A stretch of 64,000 bases of DNA. Source: a virus. The stretch lies in the IMG/VR virus record IMGVR_UViG_3300025132_007932, positions 34,425 to 98,424 of that record; one strand, written 5' to 3'. A program made the position numbers and the translations under genes. Below are positions 9,512 to 19,600 of the stretch, piece after piece. Numbering within the stretch: position 1 is the stretch's first letter; each line of letters opens with the position of its first letter. The notes beneath the pieces were generated by a model. The model was not told the origin of the DNA and ran no database searches. It saw nothing but the letters and a program-made list of their open reading frames with translations.

Positions 9512-10681
9512 ATGAATATTAAATACCCTCTTGCAAAAGAAACTATTAATGATGAAGATGTTAACGCACTGTGCGATTGGCTCAAAAGTTATCCTCGACT
9601 AACAAAGGGCCAATTGACCTGGGATGTGGAAGCAGATTGGGCTTCATACATCGGTACTGATTATGCAGTGTTTAATAACTCTGGCTCTTCTGCAAACCTG
9701 TTGATGGTAGCAGCCGCAAAGCAGTGCGGAAGAATACCAAATAACAAGATTGTAGTCCCGTCAGTGGGATGGGTTACCACAATCTCTCCAGCAATGCAGC
9801 TTGGGCTCGAACCAATTATGTGTGGGGCAGATCCTGAAACATTTGGAATAGATTTAGATCAATTAGAAGAGATATGTGAAAGAGATAATCCAGACGCTGT
9901 TATATTTGTGCAGGTCCTAGGTGTACCTCACCATGCAGAAAGACTCTTAGCTCTTAAAGAAAAATACGGCTTTATTTTACTTGAAGATGCCTGTGCTGCA
10001 TTGGGTGCCTCGTATGAAGATGGTAGTAAAGTTGGCACTGTTGGCGATATGTCCACATTTTCTTTTTACTTTGGTCACCAATTGTCCACTATCGAAGGTG
10101 GAATGGTAAATACTGATGACAAAGAGCTTTACGATATGCTTTTGATGCTTCGAAGTCATGGTTGGGCAAAAGATTTAGACAAAGAGACTTACGACAAGAT
10201 GATGGCTGATCACGGAATTGATGATTTCCACTCCCCATTTACGTTTTTTATTCCAGGGTACAATCTAAGATCAACGGATCTGCAGGCGTTTCTCGGTATC
10301 AGGCAAGTAAAGAAGGCAGATTGGGCTGCCGAGCAAAGAAATAAAAATCATTGCTTGTACGCCAAGAAATTAGAGGGAGTCGTAGAATTCCAACAGTGGG
10401 GTGAAAATGTCCCAGTATCTATTTCATTTGGGGCCTTAGCAGACAGTACGGAGCACCGCAAAGAAATTGTTACACGCCTTGTAGAAAACGGAATTGAGAC
10501 TAGAATCTTTAGTGCGGGTAATCTCGGTCGTCATCCATTCTGGACAGATCTGTATCCGGAATTTGTCGATGAAGTAAGTGATAAAATTCACTCTCGCGGC
10601 TTCTTTTTGCCGAATTATCCTGAATTAACTGAACAAGAAATAAACTTTATTTGTAATGTTGTAAAGGGTGTAACTATCTAA
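9512..10681 (+). CDS. colD: PLP-dependent DegT/DnrJ-fold enzyme, ColD-like GDP-4-keto-6-deoxymannose 3-dehydratase
   Basis: NSGSSANL, EDAC, SFYFGHQLSTIEGG (His at the Schiff-base Lys position), LRSHGW, GYNLR. No Cys-rich Fe-S loop of the RfbH/E1 type. Confidence 0.75.
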   Translation: MNIKYPLAKETINDEDVNALCDWLKSYPRLTKGQLTWDVEADWASYIGTDYAVFNNSGSSANLLMVAAAKQCGRIPNNKIVVPSVGWVTTISPAMQLGLEPIMCGADPETFGIDLDQLEEICERDNPDAVIFVQVLGVPHHAERLLALKEKYGFILLEDACAALGASYEDGSKVGTVGDMSTFSFYFGHQLSTIEGGMVNTDDKELYDMLLMLRSHGWAKDLDKETYDKMMADHGIDDFHSPFTFFIPGYNLRSTDLQAFLGIRQVKKADWAAEQRNKNHCLYAKKLEGVVEFQQWGENVPVSISFGALADSTEHRKEIVTRLVENGIETRIFSAGNLGRHPFWTDLYPEFVDEVSDKIHSRGFFLPNYPELTEQEINFICNVVKGVTI

Positions 10682-11421
10682 TGCGTATTCTGGTTGTCGG
10701 AGAGAGTTGCAGGGATGTGTATCAGTACGGAGATTGCGTACGTCTGTGTCCAGAAGCCCCTGTTCCTGTATTCAAGGCAACCGATAAGAAAACAGAAAAT
10801 CCAGGCATGGCTTTAAATGTATGGAGAAATATATTAAAAATGCATAGCGATGCCAAGGTAGATATAAAAACTAATGATAACTGGTCTGACATAAGAAAGA
10901 CTAGATTCGTAGATAATAGAACAAACTATATCATCGTGAGGATTGATGAAAACGAAGAGATGTACGGTAGATTTGAAATAGATTCAGTGGACTATGGTGA
11001 GTACGATGCGGTTGTTATCTCGGACTATAATAAAGGCTTTCTATCTGAAGACGATATAAGGGCGATATCAGAAAAACATCCTGTGACATTTCTAGATACT
11101 AAAAAGATTCTTGGAAACTGGTGTAAAAAAATAAAATTTATAAAAATAAATGAGTTTGAATACGAAAGAACAAAACACAAACTAACTCCCGAATTGATTG
11201 ACAAAATGATAATCACCCTTGGGCCAAAAGGTGCCAGACACAGGGATGTTGAGTTTCCAGTTCCAAAGGTGGAAATTAAGGACACCTCCGGCGCCGGCGA
11301 TACCTTTATCGCTTCTTTAGCGGCCAATTATGTTAAATTTAAAGATATATTTAAGGCCATTGAAAGTGCTAATGATAGTGCAACAAAGGTTGTACAAAAG
11401 AAGGGTGTAAGCACTGTATGA
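10681..11421 (+). CDS. hldA: PfkB-family heptose-7-phosphate kinase (HldA/RfaE domain I-like)
   Basis: RLCPEAPVPV, KTRF, SDYNKG, DTK, DTSGAGDTF. Confidence 0.8.
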   Translation: MRILVVGESCRDVYQYGDCVRLCPEAPVPVFKATDKKTENPGMALNVWRNILKMHSDAKVDIKTNDNWSDIRKTRFVDNRTNYIIVRIDENEEMYGRFEIDSVDYGEYDAVVISDYNKGFLSEDDIRAISEKHPVTFLDTKKILGNWCKKIKFIKINEFEYERTKHKLTPELIDKMIITLGPKGARHRDVEFPVPKVEIKDTSGAGDTFIASLAANYVKFKDIFKAIESANDSATKVVQKKGVSTV

Positions 11422-11810
11422 ACAAAGTAGTATGGACTAATGGTTGTTTTGATGTATTGCACCGCGGCCATGTAGAAATGCTTAATTATGCAAAATCATT
11501 GGGCGATTATCTTATTGTTGGTATTGATTCTGATGAGAAAGTTTCTAAAGACAAGGGCCCAACTCGACCACATAATAATTCAACGGATAGAAAATTTTTG
11601 TTAAAATCTCTAAAATCAGTTGATGAGGTGGTAATATTTAAATCTGCTGATCATCTTGAGACAATTATAAAAAGTATATCGCCACATTTTATGGTTATTG
11701 GTTCTGATTGGAAAGGGAAATCAGTTGTTGGTGGGGAATTTTGTGGCGAATTGAAGTTTTTCGATCGAATTGGCGACTACTCAACAACTAAAATTTTGGA
11801 GACAAATTAA
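11418..11810 (+). CDS. hldC: Heptose-1-phosphate nucleotidyltransferase (HldC/RfaE domain II-like)
   Basis: WTNGCFDVLHRGH, VGIDSD..V...KG..RP, G.DW, YSTT. Confidence 0.85.
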   Translation: MNKVVWTNGCFDVLHRGHVEMLNYAKSLGDYLIVGIDSDEKVSKDKGPTRPHNNSTDRKFLLKSLKSVDEVVIFKSADHLETIIKSISPHFMVIGSDWKGKSVVGGEFCGELKFFDRIGDYSTTKILETN

Positions 11811-12145
11811 TGACATATGTTTTTGATATAGATGGGACACTTTGTACAAAGGTCAAAGACGGCGACTACTCCACAGCAGAGCCAATAATAGACAGAATAG
11901 ATACTGTAAACCACCTATACGAACAGGGAAACACTATTATTATGCAGACCGCCAGAGGAATGGGCCGTCATGATAATAACCCACAAAGAGCAATTGAAGA
12001 TTTTTATGCATTAACTGCAAAACAACTTAAAAGCTGGGGCGTGAAATACCACATGTTATTTCTCGGTAAACCTGCCGGCGATATATATGTCGATGACAAA
12101 GGAATGAGAGATGAAAACTTCTTTAGAAATGAATTTCGTCCCTAA
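11810..12145 (+). CDS. Small HAD-superfamily (capsule biosynthesis-type) phosphatase
   Basis: FDIDGTL, TARG, GKP..DIYVDDK. Confidence 0.85.
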   Translation: MTYVFDIDGTLCTKVKDGDYSTAEPIIDRIDTVNHLYEQGNTIIMQTARGMGRHDNNPQRAIEDFYALTAKQLKSWGVKYHMLFLGKPAGDIYVDDKGMRDENFFRNEFRP

Positions 12146-12470
12146 AGGATGGGGATTTGAAAAATGGATTGTCAACAATGAGGAATATTGTGGCAAATTA
12201 TTGTATTTTGTTAAGGGCAAGAAATGCTCTTGGCATTATCATAAACTGAAGGATGAAGTGTTTTATATACAATCCGGAAAAATTCTGGTAAAATATTCAG
12301 ATAATGACGATTTAGAAACAGCAAAAGAATTAGTACTTGGTAGGGGGGATAATTTTCACGTATACCGAGGCTTACGACACAGAATGATTGCGCTTGAAGA
12401 TACGGAGCTTTTTGAATTTTCAACGCAACACTTTGATAGCGACAGCTATAGATTAGAAAAAGGAGATTAA
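12111..12470 (+). CDS. Cupin, sugar-phosphate isomerase-like
   Basis: VPKGWGFE, SWHYHKLKDEVF, HRM..EFST. Confidence 0.8.
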   Translation: MKTSLEMNFVPKGWGFEKWIVNNEEYCGKLLYFVKGKKCSWHYHKLKDEVFYIQSGKILVKYSDNDDLETAKELVLGRGDNFHVYRGLRHRMIALEDTELFEFSTQHFDSDSYRLEKGD

Positions 12471-12472
12471 AA

Positions 12473-12700
12473 ATGAATAAAAACGAAGCAGAAGGACATA
12501 AACTATCGAACCAGGCTCTTGGTGCTATAATGATGGCGCTTCAAGAGTCTCTTTTAAATGAGCTTGACATCGTGCCCATTTTAAAAGGATTTGAACTTTT
12601 GGAAACAGAAGATGGGTTGGTGGTGACAAATCCGCCAACTGTTCGTGTTACTAATGAACAGAAGATCACTAATGAAGATTTAAAAAATATGGTAAAATAA
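12473..12700 (+). CDS. Hypothetical protein
   Basis: Co-oriented ORF with AGGAG SD; TAATG-coupled to the next gene. Confidence 0.7.
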   Translation: MNKNEAEGHKLSNQALGAIMMALQESLLNELDIVPILKGFELLETEDGLVVTNPPTVRVTNEQKITNEDLKNMVK

Positions 12701-12972
12701 TGCCACGTTACAAGTACAGCTGTAAGGCTTGTGAAAATACTGTAAACGTGTTTCATACACTAGAGGAAATCTACACTGATTGTGAAGAGTGTGAAACTAC
12801 GGGCTCTATGGAGAGAATATTGTCTAACGTACATATTTTCAAGGTAGGAACAAAAAACAGTAACCAAGGGTCAAAAGTTGGAGAGATAACGAAAAAATAT
12901 ATTGAGGAAAACAGAGAGTTGTTAAAAAAAGAAAAAGAAGATTTAAGGAACAAAACACATGAGCCGACTTGA
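12700..12972 (+). CDS. FmdB-family zinc-ribbon protein
   Basis: MPRYKYSCKAC...CEEC followed by a MERILS-like strand. Confidence 0.75.
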   Translation: MPRYKYSCKACENTVNVFHTLEEIYTDCEECETTGSMERILSNVHIFKVGTKNSNQGSKVGEITKKYIEENRELLKKEKEDLRNKTHEPT

Positions 12973-13303
12973 AATAGTTTTGTCGGCGATAACCACAATT
13001 TCTATACTTTTGAATATTGGATTAGTTTTATATTCTAGAGGTGTTGTTGTTAGGTTGTTATCTGTTTCTGAAGAACTCGGAGATCTACAGGACATGATTA
13101 ATGCATTTGCTGCGCACCTGCAGTCAGTGTATGAATTAGATTCTTTTTATGGAGATGAGACACTTAGGTCACTATTAAATCATGCTATATCTTTTAATGA
13201 ACAATTAGAAACTTTTGAATACATCTATTCTTTAACGGCTCCAGAAACTGAAGAAGGAGCAGAAACGGATGACACAGAAGAATCCGCAGAAGAAGAGACG
13301 TAA
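12959..13303 (+). CDS. Hypothetical protein with N-terminal transmembrane helix and acidic tail
   Basis: Hydrophobic IVLSAITTISILLNIGLVLY segment; overlaps both neighbours in the operon. Confidence 0.65.
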   Translation: MSRLEIVLSAITTISILLNIGLVLYSRGVVVRLLSVSEELGDLQDMINAFAAHLQSVYELDSFYGDETLRSLLNHAISFNEQLETFEYIYSLTAPETEEGAETDDTEESAEEET

Positions 13304-13970
13304 GAAGAATCATTACTTCACAAAAGATCACGAAAACGCAATAATTCAATACACCAAAAGCAACTGTATTCGGGAAAGAACAGAGCTTTACGTTAACTGG
13401 ATAGAACCAGCATTTAACGAGATGGTTGATAAGATAGTTTTTACTTATAAATTTACTAATTTGCCAAACATCGATTATCTAAGAGATGAGTGCAAAATTT
13501 GGCTGATGACGGTTGTTGACAAGTTTGATGCCTCCAAGGGCTCAAAAGCCTTTTCGTATTTTAGTGTTATAACAAAAAACTGGTTTATACATAAAGTCAA
13601 GAGACAACAGAAAAGAAACAAGAGAGAAATTGATTATGACAACCTATCAAAAAGTTACGAGGAAAAATATCTATCCACGGACGAATCTTACATAACAGAA
13701 AGAGAGGAATTGGAATTTTGGAATTCCTTCTATAAAGAATTAAAATCTTGGGATTCTTCCCAGATGAAAGACAACGATTTAAAGGTCTATAAAGCTATAA
13801 ATATTCTATTCGAATCAAAAGAAGATATCGAAATTTTTAATAAAAAAGCTATTTACCTATATCTTCGAGAGATAACTGGTCTCAATACAAAGCAAATTGT
13901 AAATTCTCTAAAAAAATTTAGAAAAAAATATTACAATTTTAAAAGCGACTGGGAGAAAGGTGGATTATGA
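13269..13970 (+). CDS. Phage RNA polymerase sigma factor (late, gp55-like)
   Basis: Sigma region-2-like KFDASKGSKAFSYFSVITKNWFI and C-terminal helical segment LREITGLNTKQIVNSL; lies immediately upstream of the structural module. Confidence 0.65.
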   Translation: MTQKNPQKKRRKKNHYFTKDHENAIIQYTKSNCIRERTELYVNWIEPAFNEMVDKIVFTYKFTNLPNIDYLRDECKIWLMTVVDKFDASKGSKAFSYFSVITKNWFIHKVKRQQKRNKREIDYDNLSKSYEEKYLSTDESYITEREELEFWNSFYKELKSWDSSQMKDNDLKVYKAINILFESKEDIEIFNKKAIYLYLREITGLNTKQIVNSLKKFRKKYYNFKSDWEKGGL

Positions 13971-14263
13971 GCAATAACAAAGATTTAGATTTATTGATGG
14001 ATGAGGCGTTGATCAATATAAGAAGCGATCGAAAGGCCGCCCGAGAATTTTTAAATGAAATTGCTAATCAAATTGCAAACGACGCTGATCAGAATAAATA
14101 TCTTAGCCCAGTAGCGGCAAAGCATATTGAGACAATGCAACGTTCTAACGAACAACTTGTAAAACTTATAAGTCTTAGGCACAAGAATACAAATAATTCA
14201 GTGGAATTATCAGAAGATGATAAGAACAGTTTATTTGATTTGATACAGGGGGAAGCTAACTAA
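13967..14263 (+). CDS. Hypothetical helical protein
   Basis: Coupled ORF (ATGA overlap); no recognisable motif. Confidence 0.65.
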   Translation: MSNNKDLDLLMDEALINIRSDRKAAREFLNEIANQIANDADQNKYLSPVAAKHIETMQRSNEQLVKLISLRHKNTNNSVELSEDDKNSLFDLIQGEAN

Positions 14264-14264
14264 A

Positions 14265-15554
14265 ATGTCTTACGGTATTGATTTTGATGATTTGACTGGA
14301 ATGGACATCATGGCTAAGGCCTTTGGTGATTCGATGAAAAGCAACCATCTTCAAGATCGAGTTGCAACCTACAAGCTAGTTCAAGTTTTAACAGATCCGG
14401 TGCCCTTAGACGCCCGCGCCGCAGCCGCAATAGAGGGAAGAATACCAAACCCAGCGGAGGGCGCGGGAGCAATAGGAAAATTTCAATTTTATGGAAGAAT
14501 AAGGGACCGCCGAGCGCCTGTGCAGCCGGCCGATCCTTGTAACCCAACTTACGCAACTAATACAAAATTAAATAATCAATTAGTTGGTGGTCATATACTT
14601 TTTGTAACCGAAGAAGGTCTCAGGCCTAAAAAGTTTGGGTATGTGACTGCTCAAGTGCCAATTAGACTAATCGGTGGCGAAGAAGTTCCCAATGGTTTTG
14701 GAACAGTAATAGCTATTACGCCGAACGCGTCCATAACTCCGTCAGATTATACGCCAGGAGGAGCTTGTCCAGATATACAGCAGATAACCGCAAATGGTGG
14801 TGTTGGTAATGCCGGCGGCCCAGCGTGCCCGGGAAGTGGCCCAACACCGGCACTAGATCCAGGTCCAATGACCGCAATCTATCAAGGCGCTTACGGCCCA
14901 GGAGCCGGCGCCGTTGTTGAAAACGGAAATTACCCACAAAATATATTAAAAAAAGTATCAACAGAACATAGCACAGCACCAATTAAATTACTGGCAGATG
15001 TTGTTGATGACTTCAATCGTTTAGCTAAAGCATTTCACGATGAGTTTGGCGAACCATTACGCCCAACTGGCGGGTTTAGATGTTATAGTGGCGGAACATA
15101 TTGCCAAGTAGAGTTAAAATGTAGGAAAGGTGTTGAAGCGTCAGTTCCTGGCCAGTCTCAACATGGTTGGGGTTTGGCATTTGATTACGACACCAAAGGC
15201 GGTTTTAATAGCAAGTTTTATAAATGGATGACATCCAATTCACATAAATATAACTGGGTACATCCAGCTTGGGCAAAACCCAATGGTTCAAAGCCAGAAG
15301 CATGGCATATGGAACACAGAAATACGAACACTTTAATTACCGCAAGAAAAAAAGCGGGCCTACGTCCAAGACCCTCTGCTGCCACTGCAAAAGCTACTAC
15401 ACCAGACAAATATCAAATGGGAACAACTCGTACCGATGAAGGCCTAGGCGAAGATGGTCCAGGACCAGTCGGTGGCGGTGAGTGGGTAGAAGGCAAGAAT
15501 TTTGTTTGGGTCAATAAGTCAAAAGGCCAGTGGAAAGAAATACCTGTAACATAA
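14265..15554 (+). CDS. Probable virion-associated peptidoglycan hydrolase with M15B (VanY-like) zinc peptidase domain
   Basis: GFRCY...Q, SQHGWGLAFD (SxHxxGxAxD) and EAWH (ExxH); Gly/Pro linker to an unknown N-terminal domain. Confidence 0.8.
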   Translation: MSYGIDFDDLTGMDIMAKAFGDSMKSNHLQDRVATYKLVQVLTDPVPLDARAAAAIEGRIPNPAEGAGAIGKFQFYGRIRDRRAPVQPADPCNPTYATNTKLNNQLVGGHILFVTEEGLRPKKFGYVTAQVPIRLIGGEEVPNGFGTVIAITPNASITPSDYTPGGACPDIQQITANGGVGNAGGPACPGSGPTPALDPGPMTAIYQGAYGPGAGAVVENGNYPQNILKKVSTEHSTAPIKLLADVVDDFNRLAKAFHDEFGEPLRPTGGFRCYSGGTYCQVELKCRKGVEASVPGQSQHGWGLAFDYDTKGGFNSKFYKWMTSNSHKYNWVHPAWAKPNGSKPEAWHMEHRNTNTLITARKKAGLRPRPSAATAKATTPDKYQMGTTRTDEGLGEDGPGPVGGGEWVEGKNFVWVNKSKGQWKEIPVT

Positions 15555-15563
15555 GAAGGATTT

Positions 15564-16604
15564 ATGAGAAAAAAGACAAAACTTATAGATGATAAGTTTA
15601 TTAATAAAAGTCGTAAAGAGTTTATAGATAACGCGGCTAAAAATTTTGAAGGAGTTGCCGACAAAGACTGGCCAAATCAAATGCCATTCCAAAGCGGTCT
15701 TTATAACTCTGATGTCCCAGAGCCGTTGCTAGAGTTTAAGTTAGCCCCAGGCGCTTCTCTAATAGACTCGCAGGGAATCAGAAACGGTAAACACAATGCG
15801 TTTATCATACTTGGTTCTGATCGACCAGATTCTTTAAAGTCTGGCTATGGAGGCAAAGGGGCTAACAGAGCAAACACAATTGATTTAGTTGTTGGCAGAA
15901 TGTCTTGTGCGAGAAATGGAAAAGGACCAAAAGACGGTTCACATGTAGACAATATGTTTGGATGTGATGCTGCCCGAGTGTATATTAGTCAGCTGACAGA
16001 TATAGATAACAATTTTGGGTTAGCATCCGGCAAAATCGGTAGCGCTATGGCTCGCTCTGGGATAGGAATCAAAGCCGACGGCGTTAGGATTATTGGTAGA
16101 GAAGGCGTAAAAATTGTCACTGGTAAATGCGACGGATGTAAATATGGATTTATGAAAGGAGAGCAAAACTCTCTAGGAGGCAAAATTGTTAGGCCCGCCC
16201 CGGGAATTGAGTTTCTGGCTGGTAATAATACCGGTACGAGAAAGGTCTGGGGAGGATTTAGAAAGCCAGGATTTGAGTATATCCCCTATATGCAGCCGGT
16301 CCCCTTGGGCTTCCAAACCAGAGATGCATTTAGGGAACTTAGTTTTTTAGTAGATAAGCTTTGGGCTGCAGTTTTTAATTTTATGTTTATTCAGGGTATT
16401 TATAACTCTATAATTGGAATTACTTCCTGGCCATTCGACTCAGCATCACATGGTATAGGCGCCTCATTTGCAGCCGCTATGTTTATACCTTGGGTTGCGG
16501 AACCGCTCTATAGTATGAGAACTCAAAAGTTAGAGTGGGAAGTCAACTACTTACAGCCGTTTGGTTACAAATATATCTGCAGTAGAAACGTTAGAACAAC
16601 GTAA
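15564..16604 (+). CDS. Putative baseplate hub/spike-associated structural protein
   Basis: Lies between the peptidase and the gp25 region; beta-rich GIGIKADGVRIIGREGVKIVTG segment; hydrophobic C-terminal helices. Confidence 0.45.
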   Translation: MRKKTKLIDDKFINKSRKEFIDNAAKNFEGVADKDWPNQMPFQSGLYNSDVPEPLLEFKLAPGASLIDSQGIRNGKHNAFIILGSDRPDSLKSGYGGKGANRANTIDLVVGRMSCARNGKGPKDGSHVDNMFGCDAARVYISQLTDIDNNFGLASGKIGSAMARSGIGIKADGVRIIGREGVKIVTGKCDGCKYGFMKGEQNSLGGKIVRPAPGIEFLAGNNTGTRKVWGGFRKPGFEYIPYMQPVPLGFQTRDAFRELSFLVDKLWAAVFNFMFIQGIYNSIIGITSWPFDSASHGIGASFAAAMFIPWVAEPLYSMRTQKLEWEVNYLQPFGYKYICSRNVRTT

Positions 16605-16621
16605 TTATAAGAGAGGTTAAT

Positions 16622-19600
16622 ATGGCAGAATCTACATTCTTACCTTATCAAGATAGCAACAATGATGGTATACATAATGATTGTCCAGTAGACATAGTAC
16701 TGGAGCCGAATGTTTGTCCGGATTGCGCTCCTAATCCAAAAGCTTTGGTACCAAGATGGAAAAAAAGAGGCATTACTGAGCCTTTTTTAAACGAAAAAAG
16801 TTGTAAGTTTCAGGTAACAAAGGTAACCCCACACACAGAAATTGTAGATCGTTCTACTATAATAGCTTATGAAAACAACGGCAATGAAGTTCCAGCCGAC
16901 ATACAAGATACGCAGTTAAATAAAAAATTTGAAGAGTATCTTGATGAAGTAATTGATACGTTTTTAACAGAATACGACAAACTGGTTACAACTCCAAACA
17001 TTGAAACCTTGCGTGAGGCGATAGAGTTTACTGCATTTGATTTAGATCCTCGCCCACACTCAAAATTAAAGTTATTATATTCTGTTCCTTTCACTGTTTT
17101 GAATAATTTAGAAGAAGACGAGGAAGAAGAAGAAACAGAAGAGCCAAAATTAGACGATATTACTGTAAAGTATAATGCAACTGATATGGCAATTAAACTA
17201 ATAAGAGTAAGAAAAGGCTTAGGTTTATACAATAGGTACCTGAAAGTTTATAGAGCTATCGAAGGTGGTAATATATGGTACGAAGAAACTGGCTCTCTTT
17301 TCAACTTAGAAGTTTACGGAGATATAGGATTTTTCCCTGATTGTGAAATGGCGGATCTATTAACACAACTAGATTCGTTTCTAAACCAAAAAGGGTATAA
17401 TATTCCCGGCGCTGGCGTAGCAGGATATTTTGCAAAAAAAGTTACGAAGCTACAATTTACATTCACAGGAAAGAGAAAATTAAAGAAGCTTCGCGCTTGG
17501 ACCGCTGGATGCCCACATACACCCAAAACATGGGGCCCCAAAAAACTTAAATCTCTCAACAATAGATCCGCCTGGAAAAACCCAACAGCAGTTGGCTATC
17601 TAATTAAATTATTTGAAATGGAAAGGGATCTGACCGCTCGTAGGCCAAAGCCATGGCTGGAGTTTTTAGAAGAGCACACTTATCCAAAAATTTACTCAAC
17701 CGATTCAACAATAGACGAAGACGAAGATCCAGAAAGCCCTTCGAAAAAATCCAAGAAAAAGAAAAAAACTGCACTTAGCTGTGTTGGTGACAGCTTGATG
17801 GGTGAAGCAAAACAACTCGGCCAAGATATTATGGATGAAGTCTTTAGTATCGGTGACGCTATCGCATATCAATTCCACAAAAATCTTTGTAGAGAAAACT
17901 TATCTGAAGTCATCGATGACTGGGCTGATACAATTGGAGAAAATGGAAACTTTGGCGATGTTGCCTCAATGGGAGCAGAGCAAGCTTACAAAGAACTCAT
18001 AGCTAGTGACGATGTGTTTGTTAGAATGTGCGCTAATTTTATTGGCTCCTCGATTGGTGTTGGAGGAAGTCCCGTAGGAAGCTTGGACGATGTTTGGTAC
18101 CACGGGTTCGATGAGATTAAAATTTGTGGATTGTTCGATTTAATTTTGGACATGCTTAAATGTCTCTTAAACGGTCTCACTCTTGAAGAAGCACTGGCCG
18201 GAATGATCAGATCTGCATTAAATGCTATGGGTGTTGAGAACTTCGGTTCATTGTTTGTCGGATTGCCACCAGAAAAACAAGCAGAGCTTGACGCTTTGGT
18301 TCAAAGAAAATTAAACAGCGGCGATATTTTTGCTGCAGGCTCTGATCTTCAAAAACTCAGTGATGCAATCGAAGGCGGTGGTACCGGCTCAAGAAATGAT
18401 CCTCAAAACCGAGGCCAGGTAACGTATACCAAGCCTTGGGAAAAGGAAGAAGTGGTACAAGCGGAAAGAGACAATAAGCGTACCGGTGGAGGAGATGCGG
18501 AAGTTCCGGGTGTTCCTAAGAACGAAAACGCAATCACTGGCCAAAGAAACGAAAGAACTCTTGCGCAACAATTTGGATCAATATCAGAGAATGCCAATAA
18601 TGAATTAAGCGACGATAATATTATGGAAGCTTATATCAAGGCTTTGATTGAGGTTTATTCTCAAGACCTTATGAGCTTGTTGGATGAACTTAATAAATTT
18701 CCCGGCGCTCAATTTGTAGCTAAAATATTTGCTACATTAGATTGTCCAATGCCTCCAATTTTCAATCCCGGATTATTTGATTGGCTTAAAGATCTGACTT
18801 TGCCCTTCTGTCGAAACATGTCAGATTTGACATTTCCAAGATTTGAAAACCCGTTTGCTGAAATAGCCAACTTAAAAGATATTTTGTATCTACTTTGGCT
18901 TATTGCACTGTGGGTGATCCAGCAGCTTATTATGAAAATTATTATGATGATTTTGATTAGGCTTTGTGAATTATTCTCAGATATCATATGTAAAGCTTTG
19001 GCAACCGTTGGAAATCTGGCTGCATCCTTACCTGATATTATTAGTGGTAAGGAGACATTTGCCAGTGTTATCCGAGAGTCTATCTGCGGCCCAGATGCCT
19101 CAGACGAACAAGTTAACGATACAATTGTTGATATGATGGAGAGCCTTGGGGCTACGTCAATTTCACCAGACGGCGCGGCCGCAATGGGCAATAGAGAGAG
19201 ATTGATCCAGTTTGCAGAGGATATATCTTCTGCAACCACACGCTCTGAATTAATGGAATCTTTCCTTGGGGAACCAAGCGATCAGGTTCTCAGTGTTGTC
19301 GATCAGCTGATTGATTTTGAATATCCAGAGCTTCGCGAAGGATTACCAAACAAAAGAGCAATTGGTTCTTTACTTGGCAATTGCGGTAATCTTATGCCGG
19401 CAGAATTTAAAGAAGATATGAGAAATTTCTTGGAGGGCCTGCCCCCTGATGATGAAATGCCGGCCAACCCGTCACTCTGTGCCACACCTGGGCAAATAGA
19501 GCAATTCAAAGAATTAAGATGTAGTCTTCTTGAAGGGAGAGCTACTAAAGAACAGTGTGACACTATGTTTGATGCCCTCAGAGGGAACGATCCAGATAAC

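Noticed and set aside
9512-10681. Perosamine synthase / sugar aminotransferase call
   Set aside because: The catalytic Lys position holds His, which is typical of 3-dehydratases.
1-12470. Host chromosomal LPS/capsule locus next to a prophage
   Set aside because: It is continuous and co-oriented with the phage genes, with similar composition. No integrase, att site, housekeeping genes or membrane export genes are visible.
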